Shown: positions 1 through 8,449, counted from the stretch's first letter. The stretch is DNA of 13,602 nucleotides from an uncultured delta proteobacterium (GCA_963802945.1 CAWDKY010000071.1:1-13602); one strand, 5' to 3'. Program-made: numbers and translations. The notes: generated from the letters alone by a model not told the origin.

Positions 1-730
1 CGCTTGGTCCCAAGAACACCAGATCGAATTCTCCAAGAAGTAATAAGGTCGGACAGGATATTTGCCTTAACCCTTCAATCATCGGGTCCGGGTCGGCATA
101 AAAACTCAACATGAAATTTCCGACGGCCACCGGATCGCTTCTACGAAGGAATCCTTCATAGATTCCCCACATGCGCTCCATTTCCGGGTGTTCAGCCATC
201 TTGAAAAGAAAGGGACCGGGGTTGGCCCTGGCATAGGTCATCCAGTCTTTCATAGATGTGACTTTCCGTGCTTCAGCCCCCAAGGTAAAAGCTTCTCTCT
301 GAGCTTCCGGGCCCAGTTGTTCCTGCCCTTCCGGCATAGGCATGTCAGGAGCCGTAGCCGAACCGGTGTCGGTCAGCATAAGACTTAAAAGCCTTTTTGA
401 GGTGGTCATGGCGTAACGAATGGCTGCCATACCACCTGTGGCATGGGTAAGGATGTGGAATCGATCCAGCCCCAGATAATCAGCCAAAGCGCCAAAATCA
501 TTCCCCATGGTCCCCACATCAAAACCGTACGGCTGGCCATTGACGACCGTACGGCCATGGCCCCTCATATCCATGGAGATGACCCGATAATGTTCTGCCA
601 GCCTGGCCGTTATCCCTGTTTCGCTCCAGTAGCCGCTATCTTCCATCAAACCATGATTGGTGATGATGGGTTCTCCCTGGCCAACATCTTCATAATAGAG
701 GCGAACATGGCCTCTTTCAAACCAGGGCAT
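1..730 (-). CDS. Alpha/beta-hydrolase-fold protein with non-canonical nucleophile elbow (THATGG), 3'-truncated by the window edge
   Basis: Hand translation from ATG at 730 (SD AGGAGG at ~737-742) is open to the window edge: MPWFERGHVRLYYEDVGQGEPIITNHGLMEDSGYW...RVISMDMRGHGRT...LGLDRFHILTHATGGMAAIRYA...RQISCPTLLLLGEFDLVFLGPS. It shows the HG oxyanion motif, DxRGHG, the elbow and the PTLLLxGExD acid motif. Absent from the ORF track because it has no stop in the window. Confidence 0.9.
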   Translation of the reverse strand, partial: MPWFERGHVRLYYEDVGQGEPIITNHGLMEDSGYWSETGITARLAEHYRVISMDMRGHGRTVVNGQPYGFDVGTMGNDFGALADYLGLDRFHILTHATGGMAAIRYAMTTSKRLLSLMLTDTGSATAPDMPMPEGQEQLGPEAQREAFTLGAEARKVTSMKDWMTYARANPGPFLFKMAEHPEMERMWGIYEGFLRRSDPVAVGNFMLSFYADPDPMIEGLRQISCPTLLLLGEFDLVFLGPS

Positions 731-816
731 AACAGTCCTCCTTTGATCGATTGATTGTTCACTCTTGGCCTTATTAAAGAAGGCCCGAATTTTTGAGGTG
801 GCTATGCCCCGTCATA

Positions 817-868
817 AGTTCGGAGTAAAATCTCATCACTCCGAACTCCGAACTCAACACTCTAAACT
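817..868. repeat. Heptamer tandem repeat (ACTCCGA-like x4) with a 10-bp perfect inverted repeat
   Basis: actccga actccga actcaac actctaa act at 838-868. agttcggagt (817-826) is the exact reverse complement of actccgaact (838-847). Lies just after the DUF362 stop codon. Confidence 0.75.
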
Positions 869-873
869 TTTTC

Positions 874-3273
874 TTAAACTTCTCCCCAAACCTCCTCGCC
901 ACCCTTGAACCAAACCGTCAGCACCCTGGCCGGATCATCCGTGGCCTCCACATTCGGCACGAGGGACCCGCCCAGGTTGTCAAATCCGACAGGTACGTAC
1001 AACGTGAAATCCAGGGGCTGATCTTCACCTTTCTGAACATTGGATACATAACGAATAATGGGCTCCGAATCCTGAGGTCTCAACAGGCCGCCTGAATATT
1101 TTCCTTCCCTTTGGGTCAAATCGGCGTACAAAAATGTCGAGCCATAGAGGCTGGGGAAACCCGGCTGAAAAGGGAAACCCTGTCCGTAAAGCGACATGCC
1201 CATGGAGATAAATTGGGCCATCTGGAAGCTGGGCCACTTGCCCTTGCCCCAGGTCAAGTCGGGAACAAAGAGGTCTGGAGTCTCCATCTCGACCTGTGAC
1301 ATTCTTAAAGCCACCATACAGACTGTGCCCTGAGAAAATTCCTTCATAAAGTCGTATCCCCGGCTGTTATTTTGGGGGTCTCCCAGTTTCATCATCTTCA
1401 TCTGGGTCTTAACCCCTCCAGAGAGATAACCCAACGGCTCTGTCCCCAGGCAATAAACCGAATACCCACCCTGGTGAAGCATAATGGACTCCAATCCTTT
1501 CTTGCCTGTTTCCCACAAGGTGACCACCCCGTCGCCATCCTCATCCATGGATTCCAGGAAGTCCTTTTTAAGAGAAGAGCCGGTCAATTGGTCGTTGGCC
1601 GAAAAATAGTCAAAAGCGGTTTTCTGAAGGTCCCAGGGAAATTTCAGAAGATCAAAATAAAGGGTCTTGGTCACCACATCGATAAAATTCCCATCTTTCA
1701 CAACTCCCAGATGACCATCGAGGGAAGCCAGTGGGGCGTCGCTAATCGTATCCCATCCCAGTACATGGTAAGACCTCTTTCCCAGACCGCGCTGCTCGGC
1801 TTGCTCAAAGCAGTTGTCACGGGACAGTGGATTATCATATCCATTTTTGGTAACAATATTTTCACCCTCCACGGTCGGAACAGGGACGGATTGCGGGAAA
1901 TGTCCGCCCGCTCCATCGTCCAGGGGGACATTCATGGCTTCCTCTAAAGGCACATTGCTGAACATATATCGGGCACACAATAAATCAACGGCCACCGGGT
2001 CCAGGCCGGTAAAAATCAATCCTTCCGGGTTTCGTGTGGCCATTTCCGAGGGCATGTGGTTCATGTTAATGGCCTCGATGGCCTCCACGATATGGATCAT
2101 AAAGATATCCTGGTTCTGCACAGCCTTGACGATATCGACCATGGTCCCTGTCAGGCCCCCTGTCTTTTTTAAAACCATCTTCCCGGAGGAATCCAGGCGG
2201 GGGAGGCAAGCCTCGTAATCCATTTCCGGTACCCAGACCTCATGGGGAAGGCCCCCTTTCATCCCGGGGACAGCTTGATGGGGATTGCTGTATTCCCAGC
2301 AGCAATCGTTGCCCCGGGAAAACTGCATCGGGTAGAGACCAATACCCAAGTTTTTAATAGCGTTGGTGAAAAGGGCCTGGCTGTGAACTTTGAGCCTGGG
2401 CACATTGACCAGAATACACCCGGGATATTCCCGCCGATCCTGAGGATCGGTCGGATCTCCGCCAATGATGGCCTTGTGAAGGGTTAAGGTATTGAAATTG
2501 GCCCAGCCGGGAACATCAATCTCCCGGCCTTTCCGGGGATCGTCATCAATTCTGTTCAGGTCAAAGACCCTTAGTTCATTGTTCACCAGTCCCGGCGGGG
2601 TGTACGTTCCATTGACGCTGGCCTCATATCCCTGCATAGGATCATCGCCCGGATCAAATCCTGATTCGGACAGGTATTTCCGGACAAAATAAAAACCCCA
2701 TCCCCCGTAAAAACCTCCAGACCGGCCTTCAATGACGGCCTCGGTGGTGACGGTTTTCCCCTCGGGGTTGATCATGGAGAACAGGCCGGCCGCGGCCGAC
2801 ATGGCTGTGGCAGCTTCTCCCAGGGTCATCTGGTGATAACGAACACCCATTCGGTCATGGAACCAGCGCATTAGGGCGGCCATAAAGGCCCATTCGGTAT
2901 TGGTTGTGCTTCCCAGGGCATCGCCATGTGTTTGGGCGTCAATACTCATGGCACCCACCAGGTTGGGTTTAAAGAGCAGTTTCTGCCCCTGGTTTAACCG
3001 GTCTCTGATTTCCTTTTCAAAACCAGTTTCTTCTTTCAGGGGTCCCAAGGCCAACTCCAGGCCTTCATAGGTATAATCAATCTTGGCCTTGATTTTATCC
3101 CAGGCCTCCTGGCTGGAATCGTTGATAACCAATCGTAGAAGATCACCCACCCCGGCATAAGACCTTTCCGACTCAAGCCGTGCTACCCCCACCGGCGATC
3201 CGGTGGACTCAGGTAAACGTTTGCCCAGGGGTGAATCGATCCACATCTCATTTCTTGATAACAGATTTTTCAC
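874..3273 (-). CDS. Large DUF362-domain protein (~799 aa) with C-terminal extension containing an EF-hand-like loop
   Basis: DUF362-type motifs LLFKPNLV, NVPRLKVHxxAxxTNAIKNLG, HIVEAIE and GLDPVAVDLLCA. Start moved from 3417 to GTG at 3273 because GGAGG sits at 3281-3285 and the upstream extension crosses a palindromic repeat. DEDGDGVVTLWE at 1510-1545. Confidence 0.8.
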   Translation of the reverse strand: MKNLLSRNEMWIDSPLGKRLPESTGSPVGVARLESERSYAGVGDLLRLVINDSSQEAWDKIKAKIDYTYEGLELALGPLKEETGFEKEIRDRLNQGQKLLFKPNLVGAMSIDAQTHGDALGSTTNTEWAFMAALMRWFHDRMGVRYHQMTLGEAATAMSAAAGLFSMINPEGKTVTTEAVIEGRSGGFYGGWGFYFVRKYLSESGFDPGDDPMQGYEASVNGTYTPPGLVNNELRVFDLNRIDDDPRKGREIDVPGWANFNTLTLHKAIIGGDPTDPQDRREYPGCILVNVPRLKVHSQALFTNAIKNLGIGLYPMQFSRGNDCCWEYSNPHQAVPGMKGGLPHEVWVPEMDYEACLPRLDSSGKMVLKKTGGLTGTMVDIVKAVQNQDIFMIHIVEAIEAINMNHMPSEMATRNPEGLIFTGLDPVAVDLLCARYMFSNVPLEEAMNVPLDDGAGGHFPQSVPVPTVEGENIVTKNGYDNPLSRDNCFEQAEQRGLGKRSYHVLGWDTISDAPLASLDGHLGVVKDGNFIDVVTKTLYFDLLKFPWDLQKTAFDYFSANDQLTGSSLKKDFLESMDEDGDGVVTLWETGKKGLESIMLHQGGYSVYCLGTEPLGYLSGGVKTQMKMMKLGDPQNNSRGYDFMKEFSQGTVCMVALRMSQVEMETPDLFVPDLTWGKGKWPSFQMAQFISMGMSLYGQGFPFQPGFPSLYGSTFLYADLTQREGKYSGGLLRPQDSEPIIRYVSNVQKGEDQPLDFTLYVPVGFDNLGGSLVPNVEATDDPARVLTVWFKGGEEVWGEV

Positions 3274-3296
3274 AGCCCTTCCTCCTACAAAAAATA

Positions 3297-3375
3297 AAAA
3301 TCCCCATAACCCCTCTTTACTCAAAGGAGAATCATAAAAATTCCAACTTAGGGAAAGGGAGATTAAGGGGGTTTT
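3297..3375. repeat. Imperfect palindromic (REP-like) intergenic element
   Basis: Left arm aaaatccccataacccctcttt matches the reverse complement of right arm aaagggagattaagggggtttt at 17/22 positions, and most mismatches are C/T. Confidence 0.6.
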
Positions 3376-3436
3376 GGCTCGTTTTAAACTCTCAGGCTCG
3401 ATTACTATGAGCACCACTTCACTTGCAAATTATTTT

Positions 3437-3518
3437 AAGGATTCAAGGGGCCAAAGGGTCAAGGATTCAAATAAAAGGCATGAAAGTTTCCACCCCTGAT
3501 CCTGGAATCCTCGACCCC
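3437..3518. repeat. Octamer-based palindromic dispersed repeat, copy 1
   Basis: aaggattc aaggggcc aaagggtc aaggattc, a spacer, then inverted units (cacccctgatcctggaatcctcgacccc). Homologous to the reverse complement of 7449-7538. Confidence 0.8.
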
Positions 3519-3533
3519 GATTTTTGTATTAAA

Positions 3534-5381
3534 TTACCTCTTTCCCCCTTTAAACCATATGGGATGGGTCCACCATTGTATATCTATCAATTTTTGATAC
3601 ATGTCATTGTTCCATCCTTGGACGTTCTTTCGAAAAAGCGTTACGGCCCTGGGATACCATAGCCAGATATCCTCATAGCTATCGTAAAGCACTTTTTCCA
3701 ATTCCCAATAAATCTTGGTCCTCTTGGCCTCGTTCACTTCTTCACGTCCGGCTACGATCAGGGCGATGGCTTTTTTGTTATTGCTTTTGCCAAAGTTAAA
3801 CCCGCCATCGGGATCGTACCAGCCGGTAACCAGAAGGTCCGGGTCATAGATCCAGGTCCAAGTCTGGGGGGCCAGGTCGTAATCGAGCTTTCTCATCCTT
3901 TCGGCCGCAGCCGCCGGGTCGAGCAATTCCACCTTCCAGGTAATACCCACCTTGGCCAGCATATTTTTAATGGCCTCGGCCTCAGTCTGGGCGTCGGATG
4001 TGTTATACGAATAACCCCTTATGGTCAATCCGTTTTTATATCCGGCCTCGGCCAACAATTTTTTGGAGAGTTCTGGGTTATAGGCCACCGGCTTCAGATT
4101 GGGATTATGGGCCCAGTGATTATAGGGGAAATTACAAGTCGCCGGGTCACCCAACCCGAAGGCCACACCATTAATCAAGGCCTTTCGATCCAGGGCATGG
4201 GAGATGGCCTTGCGCACCCGAATGTCCTTGCACGGCCCATCTTTCGTGTTAAAGCGCATGCCCACTACCCAGTTAAGCGGATACACATAGACATTCAAAC
4301 TCTTGTCGTTCTTGACCATGGGATACTGGGAAGGATCAATCGCCATGCTATCGAGTTTTCCGGCCCGCAGGTTGGCCAGTCGCACCGAGGGATCAGGGAT
4401 AATACTTACATTGATTCCATCGAAGTAAGGCATTTCCGGGTGCCCAATAAACCTGCCGAACCACCAGTTGGGGTTCCTTTTTATTCTCAAGTAATTCCCC
4501 GGACTTCCCTCATCGAACATCATTGATCCTGTGCCAACCGGAAAGTTATCCAACGGCTTGGCCCCTTCAGCCAAAGCGGCGGCCTTTTTATATTGTTCCT
4601 CTATGGGGGCTAATTTTTTCTTGGCTGCCTCCAGCTTGGCCTTGGCCTTTTCAGCGGCTTCTCCGGTAGCGGCGGCGACCTCTTTCTCCGCATCAGCCAC
4701 ATTCTTCTTTTCTCTTTCCACCTGGCTGGCTAATTTTTTAACTTCCCGCAGGGCGACATCGGCTTTCAGGGCCTTGGTTGAGATCATATACCCTGGGACA
4801 TTGGCCATGACCCCGACGAAAGCCGCCCAGGGTTTACTGAAATGCCATTTGACCGTATAGTTATCCATCACTTCGACAGACTCCAATGGTTCTATCCAGG
4901 CCCTGCTCCAGGCCCCATTGGCGGGATCCTTGATCCACTCCATCTGATATTTGACACTCTCGGCATTAAAGGGGGTCCCGTCATGAAAAGTAACCCCCTG
5001 CCGAAGCTTCATGACCACGGTTTTGGGGTCAAGATATTTCCAGGACTCGGCTAGGAAGGGAACGTAGGGTTTGTAACCTGCACCCGTCCAAATGAGCTTG
5101 TCATAAAAATAGCTGATGGTCACCCAGTCGTTTACCGGCCAGTGATTAGGGTTCATTAAACCGATATACAAAGGGTTGGATAATTGATAAATGCCCCCCC
5201 TCACCGGTTTAGTAGGCCAGTATTTCGGCCCCCAGTCCAGTCCAATTTTTTCCGCCCATTCCTTGGCGGCAACAGCTTTTTCCGTCGGTGCGGCCGTTCC
5301 GACCGCGGGGATGAGGGCTATTAGGAATAGTAGAAAAACCAGTCCGGCAAAAATCCTCAATATTTTTTTGTTATCACACAT
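3534..5381 (-). CDS. ABC transporter solute-binding protein, family 5 (DppA/OppA/NikA-like), with coiled-coil-like insertion
   Basis: Motifs PFLAESW, LRQGVTFHDGTPFNAESVK, PVGTG, RNPNWW, DIRVRKAISHALDR and YNPELSKKLLAEAGY. Signal peptide without a lipobox Cys. Start set at ATG 5381, with AAAGGAG at 5390-5396. Confidence 0.93.
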   Translation of the reverse strand: MCDNKKILRIFAGLVFLLFLIALIPAVGTAAPTEKAVAAKEWAEKIGLDWGPKYWPTKPVRGGIYQLSNPLYIGLMNPNHWPVNDWVTISYFYDKLIWTGAGYKPYVPFLAESWKYLDPKTVVMKLRQGVTFHDGTPFNAESVKYQMEWIKDPANGAWSRAWIEPLESVEVMDNYTVKWHFSKPWAAFVGVMANVPGYMISTKALKADVALREVKKLASQVEREKKNVADAEKEVAAATGEAAEKAKAKLEAAKKKLAPIEEQYKKAAALAEGAKPLDNFPVGTGSMMFDEGSPGNYLRIKRNPNWWFGRFIGHPEMPYFDGINVSIIPDPSVRLANLRAGKLDSMAIDPSQYPMVKNDKSLNVYVYPLNWVVGMRFNTKDGPCKDIRVRKAISHALDRKALINGVAFGLGDPATCNFPYNHWAHNPNLKPVAYNPELSKKLLAEAGYKNGLTIRGYSYNTSDAQTEAEAIKNMLAKVGITWKVELLDPAAAAERMRKLDYDLAPQTWTWIYDPDLLVTGWYDPDGGFNFGKSNNKKAIALIVAGREEVNEAKRTKIYWELEKVLYDSYEDIWLWYPRAVTLFRKNVQGWNNDMYQKLIDIQWWTHPIWFKGGKR

Positions 5382-5407
5382 GATGTTTGCTCCTTTCGGT
5401 TTTTTAA

Positions 5408-5470
5408 CGTTCAATGTTCATCGTTAATGATTCAAAGTTAATAAGCAACCTGATAAACCAAATAGACAGA
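5408..5470. repeat. Degenerate heptamer and nonamer tandem repeats in the oppF-SBP spacer
   Basis: cgttcaa tgttcat cgttaat gattcaa agttaat (5408-5442), then aacctgata aaccaaata gacaga (5447-5470). Confidence 0.45.
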
Positions 5471-6466
5471 TTACTCCTTATGGCAGGCCACCCAGTGATT
5501 TCCAGCTTCAATCTCCAACAGAATGGGCTTCTCTTCCCGACAACGGGGAAACTGAGCTACAGGACATCGTGGATGAAATTTACACCCGGCCGGCGGGTTG
5601 AAGGGGCTGGGCACCTCCCCTTCCAGAAGCGTATGATCGCGTTCGGCTTCTACAATCGGATCCGGGACCGGAATGGCCGAAAGAAGGGATCTGGTATAGG
5701 GATGAAGGGGGTTACGGTATAAATCACGCCTGGTGGCTATTTCTACGATCTCACCCAGGTACATCACGGCGATGCGATCGCTGATATGCCGGACTACGGC
5801 CAGATCATGGGCGATAAAAAGGTAGGCGAGGTTAAATTTTTCCTGGAGTTCTTCCAGGAGATTTATAATCTGGGCCTGAATGGAAACATCCAGGGCGGAA
5901 ACCGGTTCGTCGCAGACAATCAAATTGGGCCGAACCGAAAGGGCCCTGGCCACGCCGATCCTTTGTCTCTGACCCCCGCTGAACTCGTGAGGATATCTTT
6001 CCATCGTGGTCGGACTTAAGCCCACGATGGTCATCAATTCCTTGACCTTTTCTTCGTATTCGCTTTTGCTTTGGGTCAGTCGGTGAATTAGCAGCGGTTC
6101 ACCGATGATTTCCCCGGCAGTCATTCGGGGATTGAGTGAACCAAAGGGATCCTGGAAAATCATCTGCATTTTCCTTCTAAGGGCTCTCATGGGTTTATCT
6201 TCTATCCCGGTAATCTCTTCCCCTTCAAAGAAGATGTGGCCCGAAGTAGGGCGCTCCAGTTGGAGGATCGCCCGTCCGGTAGTGGTTTTGCCGCAGCCGC
6301 TTTCGCCGACCAGTCCCAGGGTTTCGCCCCTGGCAATCTGAAAGCTTATCCCGTCCACGGCCTTGACATGGCCGATCGTTTTTTTAAACATCCAGCCCAC
6401 GGAAATGGGGAAGTGCATCTTTAAATCTTTGACTTCTACAAGAATTTTATTTTTATTATTTGACAT
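5471..6466 (-). CDS. oppF: Oligopeptide/dipeptide-type ABC transporter ATPase (OppF/DppF family)
   Basis: Walker [10 protein letters not shown]-loop [10 protein letters not shown], signature FSGGQRQR, Walker B IVCDEP, H-loop IAHDL and C-terminal Cys motif GCKFHPRC...C...VACH. Likely start MSNNK at 6466, overlapping the oppD stop by 11 bp. Symbol is family-level only. Confidence 0.95.
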   Translation of the reverse strand: MSNNKNKILVEVKDLKMHFPISVGWMFKKTIGHVKAVDGISFQIARGETLGLVGESGCGKTTTGRAILQLERPTSGHIFFEGEEITGIEDKPMRALRRKMQMIFQDPFGSLNPRMTAGEIIGEPLLIHRLTQSKSEYEEKVKELMTIVGLSPTTMERYPHEFSGGQRQRIGVARALSVRPNLIVCDEPVSALDVSIQAQIINLLEELQEKFNLAYLFIAHDLAVVRHISDRIAVMYLGEIVEIATRRDLYRNPLHPYTRSLLSAIPVPDPIVEAERDHTLLEGEVPSPFNPPAGCKFHPRCPVAQFPRCREEKPILLEIEAGNHWVACHKE

Positions 6467-7427
6467 TTCGCCAGCAGGCCGCCTCATGTTGTTTTTCTAA
6501 GGGAATGAGTTCCGGGGTTTCAACCCGGCATCGATCAAAGGCATAAACACAGCGGGGATGAAAAGAACATCCCGATGGAATATGCAGAAAATCCGGGGGC
6601 TGACCCTCGATGGGTATCAGTTTTTTTTTGGTATCAAGATCCAACCGGGGGACTGAGGCCATTAATCCTTCGGTGTAAGGATGACGAGGGTTCTTGAAAA
6701 TGTCTATGGCCGTCCCTTTTTCAACAATACGACCGGCATACATCACATTAATCCGGTCGGCATACCGGGCCACGACCCCCAGGTTATGGGTAATAATGAT
6801 CAGTGCGGTGCCGTAGGTTCGAGTCAAGTTTTTCATAAGCTCGAGAAGCTGGGCCTGGGTGGTTACGTCCAGAGCCGTGGTCGGTTCATCGGCAATGATT
6901 AACTTGGGATTGCACCCCAATCCCATGGCGATCATGGTCCTTTGTCTCATCCCGCCGCTGAAAAGATGGGGATAGGCGTTGAGCCGGGCTGCCGGTTCAG
7001 GAATTTTAACGTCGGTTAGGAGCTGGACGCATTTTTTTAAACCCTCTTCCCGGCTCATTCCCAGGTGGATTTCCAGGGGCTCTGAAATTTGCCAGCCGAT
7101 GGTCCTCACCGGATTTAGGGAATTCATGGGTTCCTGAAAGATCATGGCCATCTTGTTGCCCCGGACCTCGCACATTTCGTCTTCGGTCAACTTGAGCAAA
7201 TCACGGCCTTCGAAAAGGATCTCTCCCCCTACAATTTTCCCCGGCGGGTTCGGGATGAGTTGGAGAAGCGAAAGGGCGCTGACACTCTTGCCGCATCCGC
7301 TCTCCCCTACCAAACCGATGGTCTCCCCCTCGTGGATATCGTAGGAAATCCGGTCCACGGCCTTGATCAAACCGTCATCGGTAAAAAAGTGGGTGCTCAG
7401 ATTTTTAACTTCCAGTAATGGTGCCAT
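6456..7427 (-). CDS. oppD: Oligopeptide/dipeptide-type ABC transporter ATPase (OppD/DppD family)
   Basis: [47 protein letters not shown] and C-terminal GCSFHPRC...C...AACW. SD AAAGGA upstream. Symbol is family-level only. Confidence 0.95.
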   Translation of the reverse strand: MAPLLEVKNLSTHFFTDDGLIKAVDRISYDIHEGETIGLVGESGCGKSVSALSLLQLIPNPPGKIVGGEILFEGRDLLKLTEDEMCEVRGNKMAMIFQEPMNSLNPVRTIGWQISEPLEIHLGMSREEGLKKCVQLLTDVKIPEPAARLNAYPHLFSGGMRQRTMIAMGLGCNPKLIIADEPTTALDVTTQAQLLELMKNLTRTYGTALIIITHNLGVVARYADRINVMYAGRIVEKGTAIDIFKNPRHPYTEGLMASVPRLDLDTKKKLIPIEGQPPDFLHIPSGCSFHPRCVYAFDRCRVETPELIPLEKQHEAACWRNVK

Positions 7428-7448
7428 GATTTCCTTTATTCATTAATA

Positions 7449-7538
7449 GGGTTCAAGGATTCGAGGGGTCAGGGGTTTTAATTTCCACGCCTTTCACTCC
7501 GCCCTGCGGTCCTCGGCCCCTTGACCCCTTGAATCCTT
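7449..7538. repeat. Octamer-based palindromic dispersed repeat, copy 2 (inverted relative to copy 1)
   Basis: Reverse complement aaggattcaaggggtcaaggggccgagga...aaaggcgtggaaattaaaacccctgacccctcgaatccttgaaccc aligns end to end with 3437-3518. Confidence 0.8.
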
Positions 7539-7546
7539 CCTCGTCC

Positions 7547-8449
7547 TTATTTAATTTTTTTCCCTTCACCGCGCAGACGCGGATCAAGGGAATCCCTTAA
7601 TCCGTCGCCAAGAAAATTAAAGGCCAGTACCGCCAAAGTGATCAAAACGCCCGGGGCAATGGAAAAGAAAGGAACGGTTTCCAGGTAGGCGTATCCGGTC
7701 CTTAGCTCCTTCCCCCAACTTGGTGTCGGAGGTTGTACCCCCAGGCCGAAAAAGGCCATGGTGCTTTCTAACATGATAAATCCACCGAGGCTTATGGTGA
7801 CCGCAACGATAATGGGGGCAAGACAGTTCGGGAAAAGGTGTTTAAACATGATGCGATAGCCTGAGGCCCCGGCAGCCCTGGCGGCCTCGACGTAAGGCAG
7901 CTCCCGGACCATGAGCACCTGGCCGCGCATGATTCGGCAAAACCCCGTCCAGCCAAGAATGGACAATGTAATAATGATATTTTTTAATCCGGGTCCAAGG
8001 GCCGCGGCCAAAACCAGGACGAAGGGCAAATAGGGGATGCACATAAAAGTATCGACAATACGCATGATGATCATATCCGTGAGCCCGCCCTTATATCCGG
8101 ATAAAAGACCTAAGACGGACCCGATAAAGACAGAGATAAAAACGGAAAAAAACCCTACCGTCAGGGAAACGCGTGACCCGTAAATAATGCGGGAAAAAAG
8201 ATCACGGCCGACATTATCCGTCCCTAGCCAGTGATCCGCGGAAGGACCGGTCAATACCTTATAGAGGTCTTGGACGTTCGGATCGTAAGGAGACAGTAAA
8301 GGTGCAAAAACGGCCATGATAGCCAGCAAAAAAATGATGACTATCCCGGCCCGGGAAAGTTTATGTTTAAAGACCCCTCTTATGATCGCTTTGGCCCCGA
8401 TCCGGGATATCCGGCGCGGTTCGATTGTTTCATCTGGTTTTTCGGACAT
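7547..8449 (-). CDS. oppC: ABC transporter permease (OppC/DppC family), 300 aa
   Basis: HWLGTDNVGRDLFSRIIYGSRVSL, EAA loop YVEAARAAGAS, GLGVQPPTPSWG and AFNFLGDGLRDSLDPR. Start set at ATG 8449 (MSEKPD, AAGGTGAG upstream) rather than 9106. Symbol is family-level only. Confidence 0.93.
   Translation of the reverse strand: MSEKPDETIEPRRISRIGAKAIIRGVFKHKLSRAGIVIIFLLAIMAVFAPLLSPYDPNVQDLYKVLTGPSADHWLGTDNVGRDLFSRIIYGSRVSLTVGFFSVFISVFIGSVLGLLSGYKGGLTDMIIMRIVDTFMCIPYLPFVLVLAAALGPGLKNIIITLSILGWTGFCRIMRGQVLMVRELPYVEAARAAGASGYRIMFKHLFPNCLAPIIVAVTISLGGFIMLESTMAFFGLGVQPPTPSWGKELRTGYAYLETVPFFSIAPGVLITLAVLAFNFLGDGLRDSLDPRLRGEGKKIK

Noticed and set aside
767-785. ggcctt-N7-aaggcc hairpin as a terminator
   Set aside because: Only a 6-bp stem with no U-tract on the transcribed (minus) strand.
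3274-3417. N-terminal extension of the DUF362 ORF
   Set aside because: It runs through a palindromic repeat, and a strong SD supports GTG at 3273.
3437-3518. Possible CRISPR array or IS ends
   Set aside because: Units are 7-9 bp with no unique spacers. No cas or transposase gene and no target-site duplication.
3423-3662. 79-aa plus-strand ORF
   Set aside because: It is a translation of the octamer repeat plus the antisense of the SBP 3' end.
5474-5590. Cys-rich C-termini of the ATPases as a novel metal site
   Set aside because: This is a known feature of DppD/OppD/OppF-family ATPases.
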